Positions 16,047 through 26,316 of a stretch of DNA of 40,560 nt are shown piece after piece. Under the pieces are notes generated by a model. It did not search any database, was not told the DNA's origin, and saw only the letters and a program-made list of their open reading frames with translations. The translations under genes were made by a program, and so were the position numbers. The stretch comes from a virus (lineage: Duplodnaviria; Caudoviricetes). The stretch spans positions 1 to 40,560 of the IMG/VR virus record IMGVR_UViG_3300029891_000082; one strand, given 5' to 3'. Within the stretch, counting starts at the first letter, position 1, and each line of letters begins with the position of its first letter.

Positions 16047-17399
16047 TCAATCGGGGATCTCGGTGGCCTTGATTTCGAATTCGAGGCGCTGGGTGTAGCC
16101 GGCGTCGGCGGTGAGGGTGTTGGTGACGCGGGCGATGATCCAGTCGGTGTTATCGATCTGCGGTTTGAAGCCGCTGACGGTGGCCGGGGTTTCGGGGAAG
16201 AGGGTGGGGTCGCCTTCGGCTTTGGTGATTCTGAAGGTGGCCATGCCGCGTTGCAGGCGGCGCCATTCGGCACGGGCGGCGCGGATGGCGTTGGCACGGC
16301 TGGAATAGACGTGGCGCAGGGTTTTGGCGTTGTCGGCGGTGCGCTCGAAGGCGTTGGTGCTGCCGGGTTTGCCGGCGTCGGCGGCGGCGCGGCGCTGGGC
16401 GGCGGTGAGTTTCTTGTCGTCGTCGGCCTGGCCGTAGGTGACTTCGCCGCTGACGTTGAGGTTGCGGTCGTCGTATTTGGCTTTGATGCCGACGTAGGCG
16501 GCGCGGGCGGCCTTGTTTTTCTTGAGGGCTTGCCATGCTAGGCGGGCGGCGCGCAGGGCTTTGGCGCGGGTCGGGCTTGTTTTGCTCAGGGCTTTGTGCT
16601 GGCCGGTGACTGCCGGGGTCTGGACGGGGAGTTTGCCGCGTTCGGCGCTGTCTTCGACGTCGCCCCAGGTGACTTTGCCTTTGATGGCGCCGCCGATGTC
16701 GTGGTAGTGGGCGATGACGGCCTGGTAGGTCTGGCGGTCGGCGAGGGTGAAGTCGTGGCTGTCGCCGCTCTGGCGGGTGATGGTGACGGCCGGGATGCGC
16801 TTGCCGCTGGCGGTGACGCCGGCGCCGGCCGGGGTGAAGAGGAGGGTGCCGTTCTTGACGGTGGCGATGGCGTCGTGCATTTGCGCCAGGCGGGTGAGCA
16901 GGTTGGCGGCGGATTCGTTGGTCTGGTCGAGGTGGTCGATGACGATGGCGAAGTAGCTGCCGTGGATGGAGGATTTGAGGTCGTTCTCGATGGCGATGGT
17001 CTGGATCAGGGCGCCGAGGGTGATGTTGTGCCAGGAGCGTTCGCGCTGGGTGGTGAGTCCGGCGGCGAGGTCGGCGCTGCGGGCGCGGATGCTCAGGGTG
17101 TCTGGGGCGCCGCGGTGGGCGACTTCGTCGACGGTGTAGGTGCCTTTGGGGACGAGGCCGCTGGCGGCCCAGCCGAGGGCAAGGGTGATGGTGGCGCCGC
17201 GCGGGGGAAGGTCGAGTTTGCCGTCGGTGTCGTCGAGTTCGATTTCGACGGTATCGGCTTCGAAGCCGCGGTTGTCGGTGTGGGTGAGCTGGATGAGGCG
17301 CTGGCGGATGATGCTGGTCAGGCTGACGCCGTCGACGGTGAGTTCGACGACGGCGCGCGGGTGGGGTTCGGTCTTGAGGAGGGCGCGGGGATCGAGCAC
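16047..17399 (-). CDS. D: P2 gpD-like late control/baseplate hub protein
   Basis: TDNRGFEADTVEIELDD, GTYTVDEV.HRGAPD, HLDQTNES; GTG start at 17399 chosen by hand. Confidence 0.9.
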   Translation of the reverse strand: MLDPRALLKTEPHPRAVVELTVDGVSLTSIIRQRLIQLTHTDNRGFEADTVEIELDDTDGKLDLPPRGATITLALGWAASGLVPKGTYTVDEVAHRGAPDTLSIRARSADLAAGLTTQRERSWHNITLGALIQTIAIENDLKSSIHGSYFAIVIDHLDQTNESAANLLTRLAQMHDAIATVKNGTLLFTPAGAGVTASGKRIPAVTITRQSGDSHDFTLADRQTYQAVIAHYHDIGGAIKGKVTWGDVEDSAERGKLPVQTPAVTGQHKALSKTSPTRAKALRAARLAWQALKKNKAARAAYVGIKAKYDDRNLNVSGEVTYGQADDDKKLTAAQRRAAADAGKPGSTNAFERTADNAKTLRHVYSSRANAIRAARAEWRRLQRGMATFRITKAEGDPTLFPETPATVSGFKPQIDNTDWIIARVTNTLTADAGYTQRLEFEIKATEIPD

Positions 17400-17404
17400 G
17401 GTGC

Positions 17405-17863
17405 TTACTTGAGGTTGAGCAGGCTGAGGAGCTGCTTGCCGAGGGTGCCCATGAGGCTGGGGTTGTCGTCGGTGCGGGCGAGGCGCAGGGAGAACTCGAT
17501 CTTGCGCGGGGCGCCGTCGGGGAAGAATTCGCTGTGCGTTTCGCTGACGTCTTCGATGACGAAGAGGCCGTAGACGAGGCCGGTGCCTTCGATGAGCGGC
17601 CAGGCCATGCCTTCGTCGGCCATGGCCTTGATGGCTTCTAGCGTGAGTTTGCCGCCGGTCAGCTCGGGGTATAGAACGCCGGAGAGGGTGATGATGTCGT
17701 CGCCGGGACCCGCGAACTGACGGGAGGGCCGGGCGCCGACGCGGGAGGCGGACGGGTGGCGCCACGATACCTGGCGCTGCAGCTGCTGGTAGGGCGCGGT
17801 GTGCAGGCCGAAGACGAAGAGGCCGAGGGCCATCATCATGGAGACTTGGGGGAGGCCGTACAT
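17405..17863 (-). CDS. U: P2 gpU-like tail protein
   Basis: MMMALGLFVF...PYQQLQRQ...DGAPRKIEFSLRL. Confidence 0.9.
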   Translation of the reverse strand: MYGLPQVSMMMALGLFVFGLHTAPYQQLQRQVSWRHPSASRVGARPSRQFAGPGDDIITLSGVLYPELTGGKLTLEAIKAMADEGMAWPLIEGTGLVYGLFVIEDVSETHSEFFPDGAPRKIEFSLRLARTDDNPSLMGTLGKQLLSLLNLK

Positions 17864-17864
17864 G

Positions 17865-18014
17865 TCAGTTGTACCGGTCGAGCTTGCGGATGAGGCGGTC
17901 GGACTGGTCGTCGGCGAGGTATTGGCCGACGAAGTAGAGGACGGCCATGAGGCCGACGGTGCCGATGACGACGGCGAGGGCCTTTATTCCAAGGGCGATG
18001 TCAGACGGGCTCAT
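17865..18014 (-). CDS. Small single-TM protein (49 aa)
   Basis: Read by hand: MSPSDIALGIKALAVVIGTVGLMAVLYFVGQYLADDQSDRLIRKLDRYN; exactly fills the T-U gap. Confidence 0.6.
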   Translation of the reverse strand: MSPSDIALGIKALAVVIGTVGLMAVLYFVGQYLADDQSDRLIRKLDRYN

Positions 18015-18016
18015 GC

Positions 18017-20227
18017 TTACTCCGTGTCTCTGAGGGCGCCGCGCTGGCGGGCGGCTTTACGGGCTTCGATGCGTTCGAGTTCGCGGCCGACCTGGGCGGC
18101 GAGGTCGCGGTTGTCGGTACCCGGTGGGGTATGGAAATTGAGCTGGTAGGAGGCGCCGGCGGCGGCCTGCTTGAGGATGGGCGAGGCGGATAGGGTCGAG
18201 GTTACCGAGCTGCGGGTCGGGGTGCTTTTGGAGTCGCCGAAGAGAAACCCGCCCGACAGAATCCGCATGTTTTCCTTGAACTTGTTGATGCGGGCGATGA
18301 GGCTGTCGAGGATGGCGGCGAATTTGCCTTTCAGCCAGTCCCAGTTTTTGTAAATCAAGATGGCGGCGGTGGCGATTCCGGTCAGGGTTAGGCCGATGGG
18401 GTTGGTGAGCAGGGCCGCGCTGACGATACGGATGCCGGTGGCGATCATGCCGAAGGCGCCGGCACCGGACAGGCCCAGGGTGACCATGGAGAACTTGAGG
18501 GCGGCGAGCGGGACGAGGATGGCGCCGGCGGCGACGGTGAGGCCGCCAATGGCCGTCAAAGCGATGGCCAGCCACTTGATGGTGGTCATGATGCCGCCAG
18601 ACAGGCGCGGGTTTTCGGCTGACCATTCGCGCACGGCCTGGACGACGGAGAGCGTCTTTTCTAGGGTGTCGGCGATGGCCGGTTTGAGGTGCTTGCCGAG
18701 GTCGGTGGAGAGGTTGGTGAAGGAATCCCTGGCGTTCTCGATGCGCTGGTTGAGGGTGTCGGCGCGGGATTGGTTCTCGCGGTCCATCGAGCCTTTGGCG
18801 TTGGCGGCGTTGACCAGTTCGAGCTGGCGGCGGTATTCGCCGAGGTTGCTGGCCAGCTTGGCGGCGTCGTCGCCGAATTCCTTGCCGAAAAGGCGGGTGG
18901 CGGCTTCGAGCTGCTTGTCGCCGGAGAGGGCCTTGATCTTTTCGAGGACGCTGATCAGGGTGCCGGTGGCGTTCTTGCCCATGCCGGACTGGACGGTGTT
19001 GCTGTCGAGGCCGAGCATGGCCAGCCCGCCCTTGAAGCGCTTGCTCTGCATGTTGGCGACGGCGAGTTCGCGAATCATGGCGTTGCTGGCGCTGGCGGCG
19101 ACTTCGCTGTTGGCGCCGAGGCTCAGGAAGGTGGAGCCGAGGGCGGCGGCTTCCTTGAAGGACATCTTGGCCATGTCGGCGGTACCGGCGATGCGCTTCA
19201 TGACGTCGATGATGTCGCCGCCCTTGGACAGGGCGTTGTCGTCGAGCCAGTTGATGGTGTCGCCCAGCGCCTTGATGTCCTTGATGGGGACTTTATAGAG
19301 CTGGCTGATCTTGCCGACGTCTTCGCCGACCTGGTCGACGGGGAGGTCGAAGGCGCTGGCCATGATGGCGGTTGTTTCAGCGTAGATGAGCAGGTTTTCT
19401 TTGCCTTGAATGCCCATGCGGGCGCCGCCTTCGACGATCCTGGCGATGTCGTTGGCGGTACCGGGCAGGCGTTCGCTCATGGCCTTGATGGCGGCGGCCA
19501 TTTCCCAGTAGGTGCGGGTGACTTTGCCGCTGTCGTCGCGGGCGCCGTCCATCTGGCGGGCGACGCCGAGCATGGCGGTTTCGAAGTCGGCGAAGTCCTT
19601 GGCGGCTTTGCCGGCCGGCAGACCCACGGCAGCGCCGGCGGCGGCAATGCCGGCGCCGGTGACGGCGAGTTGTCCGGCGCGCTGGCGGGCTTTGGCCATG
19701 TCGGCCTGGGCGGCGCGCAGGCGGCGCATTTTCTGGTTTTCGGCGTCGAGGGCACTGGCCAGGCGGCGGCTCTGGTTGGCGGCGTCGGCGCTGGCGCTGG
19801 CGAGCTGGCGGCGGTGTTCGGCGAGTTTGCCGGTGTCGATGCCGGCGGCCTTGAGTTTTTCGAAGAGGGCCTGTTCGCCGCGGGTCAGTGACTGGTGTTT
19901 CTGGCGGAGTTCTTCGCTGCGTTTGGTCAGGGTGGCGAGTTCGCTGGCCATGGCCTTGGTCGGGACGCCGGCCTTGGCGATGGCGGCCTTGAGTTCGTCG
20001 ACGGCGCGCTGGTTCTTGGCGAAGGTGTTGGCGGCGATGGCCGCGTCTTTTTCGAGCTTCTTGAAGGCGTCGATGTTGTCGACGGTCTTGTTGAACTCTT
20101 TCATGCGCGCGGTGTTGTCGCGCATGGCTTTGGCCGCCGCGCTGGCGCCCTTGGTGATGGCGTTGACCGGCTTGAGAAACTTGTCGATGGCCGCGAAGAC
20201 GACTTTCAGTTCAAGGGTGCTGCTCAT
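18017..20227 (-). CDS. T: Tail tape measure protein
   Basis: 736 aa, Ala-rich, TP901-type core, TM segments. Confidence 0.92.
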   Translation of the reverse strand: MSSTLELKVVFAAIDKFLKPVNAITKGASAAAKAMRDNTARMKEFNKTVDNIDAFKKLEKDAAIAANTFAKNQRAVDELKAAIAKAGVPTKAMASELATLTKRSEELRQKHQSLTRGEQALFEKLKAAGIDTGKLAEHRRQLASASADAANQSRRLASALDAENQKMRRLRAAQADMAKARQRAGQLAVTGAGIAAAGAAVGLPAGKAAKDFADFETAMLGVARQMDGARDDSGKVTRTYWEMAAAIKAMSERLPGTANDIARIVEGGARMGIQGKENLLIYAETTAIMASAFDLPVDQVGEDVGKISQLYKVPIKDIKALGDTINWLDDNALSKGGDIIDVMKRIAGTADMAKMSFKEAAALGSTFLSLGANSEVAASASNAMIRELAVANMQSKRFKGGLAMLGLDSNTVQSGMGKNATGTLISVLEKIKALSGDKQLEAATRLFGKEFGDDAAKLASNLGEYRRQLELVNAANAKGSMDRENQSRADTLNQRIENARDSFTNLSTDLGKHLKPAIADTLEKTLSVVQAVREWSAENPRLSGGIMTTIKWLAIALTAIGGLTVAAGAILVPLAALKFSMVTLGLSGAGAFGMIATGIRIVSAALLTNPIGLTLTGIATAAILIYKNWDWLKGKFAAILDSLIARINKFKENMRILSGGFLFGDSKSTPTRSSVTSTLSASPILKQAAAGASYQLNFHTPPGTDNRDLAAQVGRELERIEARKAARQRGALRDTE

Positions 20228-20343
20228 TGCTCTGCTCCGGGGCTGCGTTCGGCGGCTTGCTGACGCCAGTCGATGAGTTCTTCAAGGGACATGGCCTCCA
20301 TGCTTTCCAGCGACCAGTGGAAGACGGCGGCGATGTCGGCCAT
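20224..20343 (-). CDS. gpE' tail chaperone extension (-1 frameshift product)
   Basis: MADIAAVFHWSLESMEAMSLEELIDWRQQA; the -1 frame is open from slippery A-AAT-TTT (20412-20418). Confidence 0.85.
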   Translation of the reverse strand: MADIAAVFHWSLESMEAMSLEELIDWRQQAAERSPGAEQ

Positions 20344-20351
20344 AAAGGTTT

Positions 20352-20660
20352 CTACTCGGTCGGTGACTGGACGCTCTTCGCCGCCTCCGCAATCAAGGAA
20401 GGCGGCAAGACAAAATTTGCAATGGCCGCGGCCATCTGCAGGAGGTCGCTGGGGTCGATGGCGATCATTTCCTGCGGCAGGATCTTGGGGTCGCTGATGC
20501 GCGGGACGAGGGTAACGGTGGAGTCGGCGTCCATCTCCATGCAGGCGCGCAGGTTGACGCCGCGCAGGTGGCCGGAATTCGGCTTGTGCAGGGTGATGGT
20601 GGTGATTTCGGTTTCGCCGCGCTTGAGCGGGAAGCCGAGTTCGATGGTGGCGAGGTGCAT
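20352..20660 (-). CDS. E: gpE tail assembly chaperone
   Basis: PLKRGETEITTITLHKPNSGHLRG...VPRIS.P; AGGAG RBS before ATG 20660. Confidence 0.88.
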   Translation of the reverse strand: MHLATIELGFPLKRGETEITTITLHKPNSGHLRGVNLRACMEMDADSTVTLVPRISDPKILPQEMIAIDPSDLLQMAAAIANFVLPPSLIAEAAKSVQSPTE

Positions 20661-20724
20661 GGGGTCTCCTTGGGTGGTGCGCGATGTCTCCGACATCAAT
20701 GTCGGAGACATCGGTTAGGCGGCG

Positions 20725-21240
20725 TTAAGCCAGGCCGATGGCCTTGCGTTGCTTGTCGAGCATGTCGACGCCGTTGACGATGTAGATGAAGGCCAGGGCG
20801 TCGACTTCGATGAGGACGACACCGTCGACGATCAGCTTGTAGTAGCTCAGGCTGACGGTGGCCTTGACGGTGCTCTTGTCGCCGACCTTGGCGCTGCCGA
20901 AGTCGATTTCGCTGTAGCGGCCGCGGGTGACGATTTCGACGGATGCGACGTCGCCGGTGTCGTCGCGCTGGTAGGCGCCGGCGTAGCGGACGAGGGCGCC
21001 GTTGGCTTTGCCGAGGCCGAACTGCTTGATGATCTCAAGGACGTAGCCGCCGCCGCAGGTGAGGCCGAGTTCGAGCTTTTCGAGGCCGAGATCGACGTCG
21101 ACCGGGGCGACCATGCCGCCGCCCTGGAAGGCTTCCATCTTGCGGGCGAGCTTGGGCAGGGCGACTTCTTCGATGACGCCCATGAGGCTGTTGCCGTCGG
21201 CGTAGACGTTGAGGTTCTTGAGCTGGTGGGGGAGTGCCAT
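20725..21240 (-). CDS. FII: Major tail tube protein
   Basis: MALPHQLKNLN...LPKLARKME...YQRDDTG. Confidence 0.95.
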   Translation of the reverse strand: MALPHQLKNLNVYADGNSLMGVIEEVALPKLARKMEAFQGGGMVAPVDVDLGLEKLELGLTCGGGYVLEIIKQFGLGKANGALVRYAGAYQRDDTGDVASVEIVTRGRYSEIDFGSAKVGDKSTVKATVSLSYYKLIVDGVVLIEVDALAFIYIVNGVDMLDKQRKAIGLA

Positions 21241-21252
21241 GGTGTGCTCCTA

Positions 21253-22425
21253 TCAGGCGCCGATGCGGGCGGCGAAGTCGGCCAGGTAGCGATCGGTGAT
21301 GCGCTGGCGGAACATGAGGTTTTCGAGCGGGGGGACGGGGGTGTAGTCGTAGTCGAGATACAGCTGTCCGGCCTTGAGGGTGACTTCGTCGTTGACCGTG
21401 GGGTCGTACCAGCAGTTGAAGCCGATCAGGTAGCCGAGGGCGACGAGTTCGCGGCCCTTGGCGTTGATGCCTTCGATGATGTCTTTGACCAGCGTCGGGT
21501 TCATCGGCTTGTCGACGGCCCACATGTGGGCTTCGGCGATGGTGTCGGCGAGGACCTGGGCGGTGCGGGTGTAGTTTTCGAAGGCGAAGAGCGGGTCGGC
21601 GCTGCAGGTGCGCGAGCCCCAGAAACGGAAGCCTTCGCGACGGATCAGGGTTGTCACCTCGTTGCTGTTGAGGTAGCCGGCGTCGGTGGCCGGGTCCTGC
21701 AGGTCGAAGAAGACGTCCTTGCTGATGCCGGTGACGCCGCTGACTTCGATGTTGGACAGGGTCTTGTGCCAGCCTTGCTCTTCATCGAGCTTGGCGCGCA
21801 GGCCGAGGGCGCGGGCGACGGCGGGGAAGGTGGCATTGGCGCTGGTGACGGTGTCCCAGCCGATGAAGTCAGGCCAGATGACCATGACTTCGCGGTCGCC
21901 GAAGTTGTCGCGGTAAGCGACGGCGGCTTCTTTGGTGGCGCAGCCGTTGACGCTGACGTAGGCGAAGGCGCGCAGCTGCTTGGCAATGAGGGCGAGTTCG
22001 GTGGCGACGGGCAGGGTGTCGAGGCCGGGGATACCGAGGATGCGCGGCTTGACGCCGAGCTTGGCCTGGGCGGCGAGCAGGGCTTTCATACCGGTGTATT
22101 GGCCGTCGACGGTGACGGTGCCGATGAGGGCGGTGTTGGTGGCGGCTTCATCGACGCCGGCGGCGACGCGGACGACGACGACCACGGCGCCGCCGTGGTC
22201 GGCGATGGCATCGAGGGCGGCGGCCAGGGTGCCGTTGGTGCCGGCCTTGCCGATGGCGGCGAGGATGTCGGTGACGAGGACCGGGGTATCGAGCGGGAAG
22301 AAGGCGGCGTCGGCGTCGGACGAGGTGGCGACGAGGCCGATGACGGCGGTTTCAATGACGCGGATCGGACGGCGGCCGTCGGAGAGTTCGACGACGCGGA
22401 CGCCGTGGTGGTATTCGGTGGGCAT
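21253..22425 (-). CDS. FI: Tail sheath protein
   Basis: YHHGVRVVE...GFRFWGSRT...[13 protein letters not shown]. Confidence 0.96.
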   Translation of the reverse strand: MPTEYHHGVRVVELSDGRRPIRVIETAVIGLVATSSDADAAFFPLDTPVLVTDILAAIGKAGTNGTLAAALDAIADHGGAVVVVVRVAAGVDEAATNTALIGTVTVDGQYTGMKALLAAQAKLGVKPRILGIPGLDTLPVATELALIAKQLRAFAYVSVNGCATKEAAVAYRDNFGDREVMVIWPDFIGWDTVTSANATFPAVARALGLRAKLDEEQGWHKTLSNIEVSGVTGISKDVFFDLQDPATDAGYLNSNEVTTLIRREGFRFWGSRTCSADPLFAFENYTRTAQVLADTIAEAHMWAVDKPMNPTLVKDIIEGINAKGRELVALGYLIGFNCWYDPTVNDEVTLKAGQLYLDYDYTPVPPLENLMFRQRITDRYLADFAARIGA

Positions 22426-22452
22426 GGGCAGCTCCTTTGAGGTGACGCTGCC

Positions 22453-22512
22453 CATGGTGCCGAACGCGCGCGCGGGTGTCGCTGGTCGGCGGGTGTAGGT
22501 CGGGCGCTTACG
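22453..22512 (-). promoter_or_regulatory. Ogr-type late promoter (F operon)
   Basis: TGTA-N11-TACG (22494-22512), CGCG tract, and -10-like CACCAT at a fixed spacing shared with three other sites. Confidence 0.65.
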
Positions 22513-22521
22513 CCCGGCCGG

Positions 22522-23040
22522 TCATGGTTTGGTCTTGAAGCGGACGGTCATGACGTATTTGCGGCGGCCTTGCTTGGGGCCTTCGGGCGACCAGCCGGTG
22601 CGGAAGTCGAGAAACCAGCCGAAGGGCAGCGGGATGGCGACCTTGTTCCAGAATGCCCAGGGTGGCGCCGTGGCATCAGCGACGCCGATGGTGAAGTAGT
22701 TGAAATGGTTGCCGCCGTTGCGCCACAGCCAGAGGACTTGATTCCACCAGGCGCCCGGGTCTTGGCCGATGATGTGCTCGGTCTGGTGGCCATGGTCGCC
22801 GCGCAGGTCGTTGTCGATGGTGTCTAGCCAACGGAAGGGGGTGAGCAGCTTGAAATCTTTCGAGAACCACTTTACGGCCGGGAAGGCGACGAGGTAGCGG
22901 GCGAGGATGACGAGCCAGAAGAAGGGCGAGCGCAGGGCGTAGTGCCAGGCGGCGCGGCCGTTGATGTGGAAGGCGAAGGCGACGGAGCCGATCCAGACGG
23001 CCAGCCAGATGGCGACGATGAGATAGACGAGCCAGATCAT
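22522..23040 (-). CDS. Trp-rich membrane-associated phage protein
   Basis: N-terminal TM segments; WLDTIDNDLRGD...WLWRN motif; ATG 23040 overlaps the upstream stop. Confidence 0.7.
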   Translation of the reverse strand: MIWLVYLIVAIWLAVWIGSVAFAFHINGRAAWHYALRSPFFWLVILARYLVAFPAVKWFSKDFKLLTPFRWLDTIDNDLRGDHGHQTEHIIGQDPGAWWNQVLWLWRNGGNHFNYFTIGVADATAPPWAFWNKVAIPLPFGWFLDFRTGWSPEGPKQGRRKYVMTVRFKTKP

Positions 23041-23498
23041 GGCAGGACCAGGTCCGGCAGTTCGGCGATGAGTTCGGCGACGGTCGGCTGGGTGCGCGTG
23101 GCGGACTGGACGGCGGCAAGCTGGGTGTAGCAGTAGTCCCAGCACAGCGAGCGCCAGGCACGGAAGGCGGCGCCTTCGGTCTGGAAGCGGGCGACGGCAG
23201 CTTCGTCGGCGTAGGTGACGGCGGTCTTGATGTCGTCGTAGCCGGCAGCGACGGCGGCGGCGTCCATGTGCGACTGGACGGCAGCGGCGTAGGTGGCGGC
23301 GACTTGTTCCGGGGTGGGTGGAAGTTGATCGGCCAGGACGGGATGGCCGGACTGACCCGGAACTATGCGCTTTCCGGCTGACTGGCCGGCGAGCAGGTCT
23401 TTATGTTCCTGGTCGGTTATTTCGACGGCGTCGGCGGGGATGTTCTGGCTGTGAATTCCAGTGGAGTAGAAGCCGCCTGTTGATTTTGAGTAGAACAT
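23037..23498 (-). CDS. Tail fibre assembly protein
   Basis: MFYSKSTGGFY...IPADAVEIT...LLAGQSAGKRI; follows the tail fibre gene. Confidence 0.8.
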   Translation of the reverse strand: MFYSKSTGGFYSTGIHSQNIPADAVEITDQEHKDLLAGQSAGKRIVPGQSGHPVLADQLPPTPEQVAATYAAAVQSHMDAAAVAAGYDDIKTAVTYADEAAVARFQTEGAAFRAWRSLCWDYCYTQLAAVQSATRTQPTVAELIAELPDLVLP

Positions 23499-23508
23499 TA
23501 ATTTCTCC

Positions 23509-24489
23509 TTAATAGCCAATGGCAATCCAGTTAAATGCTTCGGTGCTCAGGTATGAATTAATGAAAGAAAAATTCGCCGCCGTCTTTGTTGCCAAGCTGA
23601 GGTTCGTATTTGAACCCGCAGTGACTGCGCCAACGCCGATTATGTTTACGTAGGCTGCATTTGAAGGGAAGGCTATCGGGAAAGTTATGGTTCCCGAACT
23701 GGCGTTACTTGCAATGGATGCGGTCGTTCCCCACTGAAGAATTATTCCGTCGCCCAGCGGCATCCAATCATTTGCTGCATATGTATGCCCCGGTCTTCCT
23801 GACAGACCAAGCGTGGCACGTGCGGTGGCTGCATCGGCGTCATCGAGCAGGGTACGGGCGAAGGCGGTCAGGGACGTCATGGCAAAGGCGTCGGCGCCGG
23901 TGCTGTAGGGCATCTGGTTGGCGGCGGTGGTGAGTCCGGACAGGGCGGTCAGGGTGGCGTCGGAGGCCTGTTTGCCGGCGATCAGGGTAGCGATCGATGT
24001 GGCGAAGTTGGGGTCGTTGCCGAGGGCGGCGGCCAGTTCGTTGAGCGTATCAAGGGTGGGCGGCGACGAATTGACTACGGCGGCGACGGCGGCGGCGATG
24101 GCGGCCTTGACGCCGGCCGGGTGGGTGGCGCGGGTGGTGTCGGTGCCGGTGATGGTTTCGGCGTTGGTAGCCAGTTCGACCTTGCCGGCTGAGGTGTCGG
24201 TAGCCATGGCGATCGAGGCGAGGGCGGCGATGGCCTGGGCGACACGCAGCGGGGTCATCCACTTGGTGTTGTCGGCGCCGGCTTCGGCTTGCGCCTGGCT
24301 GGCGATGGCGGAGAGGTCGAGCTTGCCGGCACCGAGCGCTTCGACGATGTTTTTCAGATACAGGGTGCGGTTGGCGAGCTGGCGGGGCTGGAGGTTGCTA
24401 ACTCCGCCCGGGCCGCCCTGGACTGGGTCTGCTTCATCCAATTGGCGGATACCTGCTTCCCAAACTGAGGTTTCTGAGAGATCTGACAT
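23509..24489 (-). CDS. H: Tail fibre protein
   Basis: [30 protein letters not shown]-terminal ILQWG...FPIAFP...WIAIGY. Confidence 0.88.
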   Translation of the reverse strand: MSDLSETSVWEAGIRQLDEADPVQGGPGGVSNLQPRQLANRTLYLKNIVEALGAGKLDLSAIASQAQAEAGADNTKWMTPLRVAQAIAALASIAMATDTSAGKVELATNAETITGTDTTRATHPAGVKAAIAAAVAAVVNSSPPTLDTLNELAAALGNDPNFATSIATLIAGKQASDATLTALSGLTTAANQMPYSTGADAFAMTSLTAFARTLLDDADAATARATLGLSGRPGHTYAANDWMPLGDGIILQWGTTASIASNASSGTITFPIAFPSNAAYVNIIGVGAVTAGSNTNLSLATKTAANFSFINSYLSTEAFNWIAIGY

Positions 24490-24497
24490 GAAAACTC

Positions 24498-25079
24498 CTA
24501 TAGCGTGGTGTCGACGACGCCGTGGGTATAAGCACCGTTGTGGGTAATAGCGCCGTTGTAACTGTTGGTGGCGGCGCGGAAATCGATGGCGGTAAGAACA
24601 ATGCAGTTGCGCTGGACGGCGTTGAGAAGGCGCTTTATCTGGTAGGCCTGTTCTATGGTGCAGGCGGATTTCAGGATTACGCGGTAGCTAGCCCAGCCGC
24701 CTGATCCCTGGTGGTTCGATGATCCATCGTAGGAAACTGCACCGTTGTATCTCACGTAGTTTCCGCGCTCGATGATGATGGCGTCGGGCTGGCCGATGGC
24801 GGTGAGGGCGCGGCGGATAGCAGCGACCGTGCCTTTCTGCTGGTGGATGAGGCGCGACTCGGCGATGACGGCGCGCTTTTTGTCGACGCCCCACTGTTCG
24901 TTCCATTCGTCGACGGACATGGCCCAGGCGAGCCATGGGAGGATGGCCGGCGGGCAGGTCTGGGCGTTCCACAGACTGGCGACGACGGCGGGCAGGGCGG
25001 CGAAGCGGGCGCCGGCGCTGCGGGCGATGGCGCGTTCGAGCGGGGTGCTGGATGGCGGCAGGAGATCGGTGTCGGCCAT
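24498..25079 (-). CDS. I: Tail protein I
   Basis: [12 protein letters not shown]...[13 protein letters not shown]...HQQKGT. Confidence 0.9.
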   Translation of the reverse strand: MADTDLLPPSSTPLERAIARSAGARFAALPAVVASLWNAQTCPPAILPWLAWAMSVDEWNEQWGVDKKRAVIAESRLIHQQKGTVAAIRRALTAIGQPDAIIIERGNYVRYNGAVSYDGSSNHQGSGGWASYRVILKSACTIEQAYQIKRLLNAVQRNCIVLTAIDFRAATNSYNGAITHNGAYTHGVVDTTL

Positions 25080-25081
25080 GG

Positions 25082-25975
25082 TCAGGATTCGATGCCGGCG
25101 ATGGCGACGGTGATGGCGGTGCAGTAGGGGGCTTGCCCGGCGGTGCAGACGATGTCGGCGGCCGGGGCGGTGATGACGACCTTCTTGACGCCGGCGACGT
25201 GGGCGGCGGCGTCGATGGCGCTGCGGATGATGTCGGTACCGAGGCGGTGGCTGTTGGCGGCGAAGGCGGCGAGGGCGGTTTGCACGGCGCTGGTGACGAG
25301 CTCGGTGCTGGGGCCGGGGAAGAGGGTGAGCGACAGCTCAAGGGTGTAGTCGACGATGGTCGGGGCGGTGACGATGACGGCTTCGGAGAGCGGGCGGACG
25401 GTTTCGCCGTTGAGGGCGGCGAGGACGGTGGCGATCTGCGGGGCGGTGGGCAGGCCGTTGCCGGTGCGGGTGAGGATGAAGACTTCGGTGGTGCCGCCTT
25501 CGGGGCTGGTGACGCTGGCGTCCTTGATCTGGCCGTCGGCGCTGATGGCGTGGAACTTGAAGGCGTCGCGCGGGCCGGCGACGGACCAGCTTTCTGGCTT
25601 CAAGGCCAGGCGGTTGCGGTAGTCGGCGTTGCTTTCCATGACCGCTGGCGTCGGCGGGATGGTGGTGTTGTCGGCCGGGGTGACGACGAGGCGCTCTTCC
25701 TGGTAGTAGGTGGCGCCGATGTGGTCGAGGTTTCCGCCCATGGCAAAAGGCAGGAGCAGGGCGCGGGCTTCGTCGTTGTAACGGGCGCGAACGAGCATTT
25801 CTCGGTAGGCGTAGGCTTCGATGAGCTTGACGATGGGCTCTGATTCTAGGTCGAGGATTTCGGCGAAATCGGGCTCGCGGGCGATGAAGTCGTCCTTGAT
25901 CTGCTGGACGATGGTTTCGAAGACGATGGTTTCGACGACTTCCGGGGCGGCGAGGCTGGCGAGATCGATGGTCAC
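25082..25975 (-). CDS. J: Baseplate J protein
   Basis: IDLASLAAPEVVE...LESEP...SVAGP. Confidence 0.93.
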   Translation of the reverse strand: MTIDLASLAAPEVVETIVFETIVQQIKDDFIAREPDFAEILDLESEPIVKLIEAYAYREMLVRARYNDEARALLLPFAMGGNLDHIGATYYQEERLVVTPADNTTIPPTPAVMESNADYRNRLALKPESWSVAGPRDAFKFHAISADGQIKDASVTSPEGGTTEVFILTRTGNGLPTAPQIATVLAALNGETVRPLSEAVIVTAPTIVDYTLELSLTLFPGPSTELVTSAVQTALAAFAANSHRLGTDIIRSAIDAAAHVAGVKKVVITAPAADIVCTAGQAPYCTAITVAIAGIES

Positions 25976-26316
25976 TGGATGGGTACCGAGATATTGAGGC
26001 GGTTGCCGCTGCGCTGGCCGCCGCGCCGGGTGGCGGTGAGATCAATGGTGGCGGTGCCGTCCATGGCGAGCTGCAGGCTGACGTTGCTGATGGTGACGCG
26101 CGGTTCCCACTGGATGATGGCCATGACGGCGGCGGCCATGAGGCGCAGGCGGTTGGCTGGGTTGGCGGGCTGGTCGATGAGTTCGGGGAGCAGCGAGCCG
26201 TAGGTGCGGCGCATGAGGCGGGAGCCGACCGGGGTGGTCAGGATGTCGCGGATGGACTGGCTGATGTGGGCGGCTTCGTCGAGCGCCTGGCCGGTTTCGC
26301 GGGACATGCCGGTCAT
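25972..26316 (-). CDS. W: Baseplate wedge W (gp25-like)
   Basis: HISQSIRDILTTPVGSRLMRRTYGS...WEPR. Confidence 0.93.
   Translation of the reverse strand: MTGMSRETGQALDEAAHISQSIRDILTTPVGSRLMRRTYGSLLPELIDQPANPANRLRLMAAAVMAIIQWEPRVTISNVSLQLAMDGTATIDLTATRRGGQRSGNRLNISVPIQ

Noticed and set aside
23037-24489. Invertible tail-fibre segment or diversity-generating retroelement
   Set aside because: No invertase, reverse transcriptase, or duplicated template region seen
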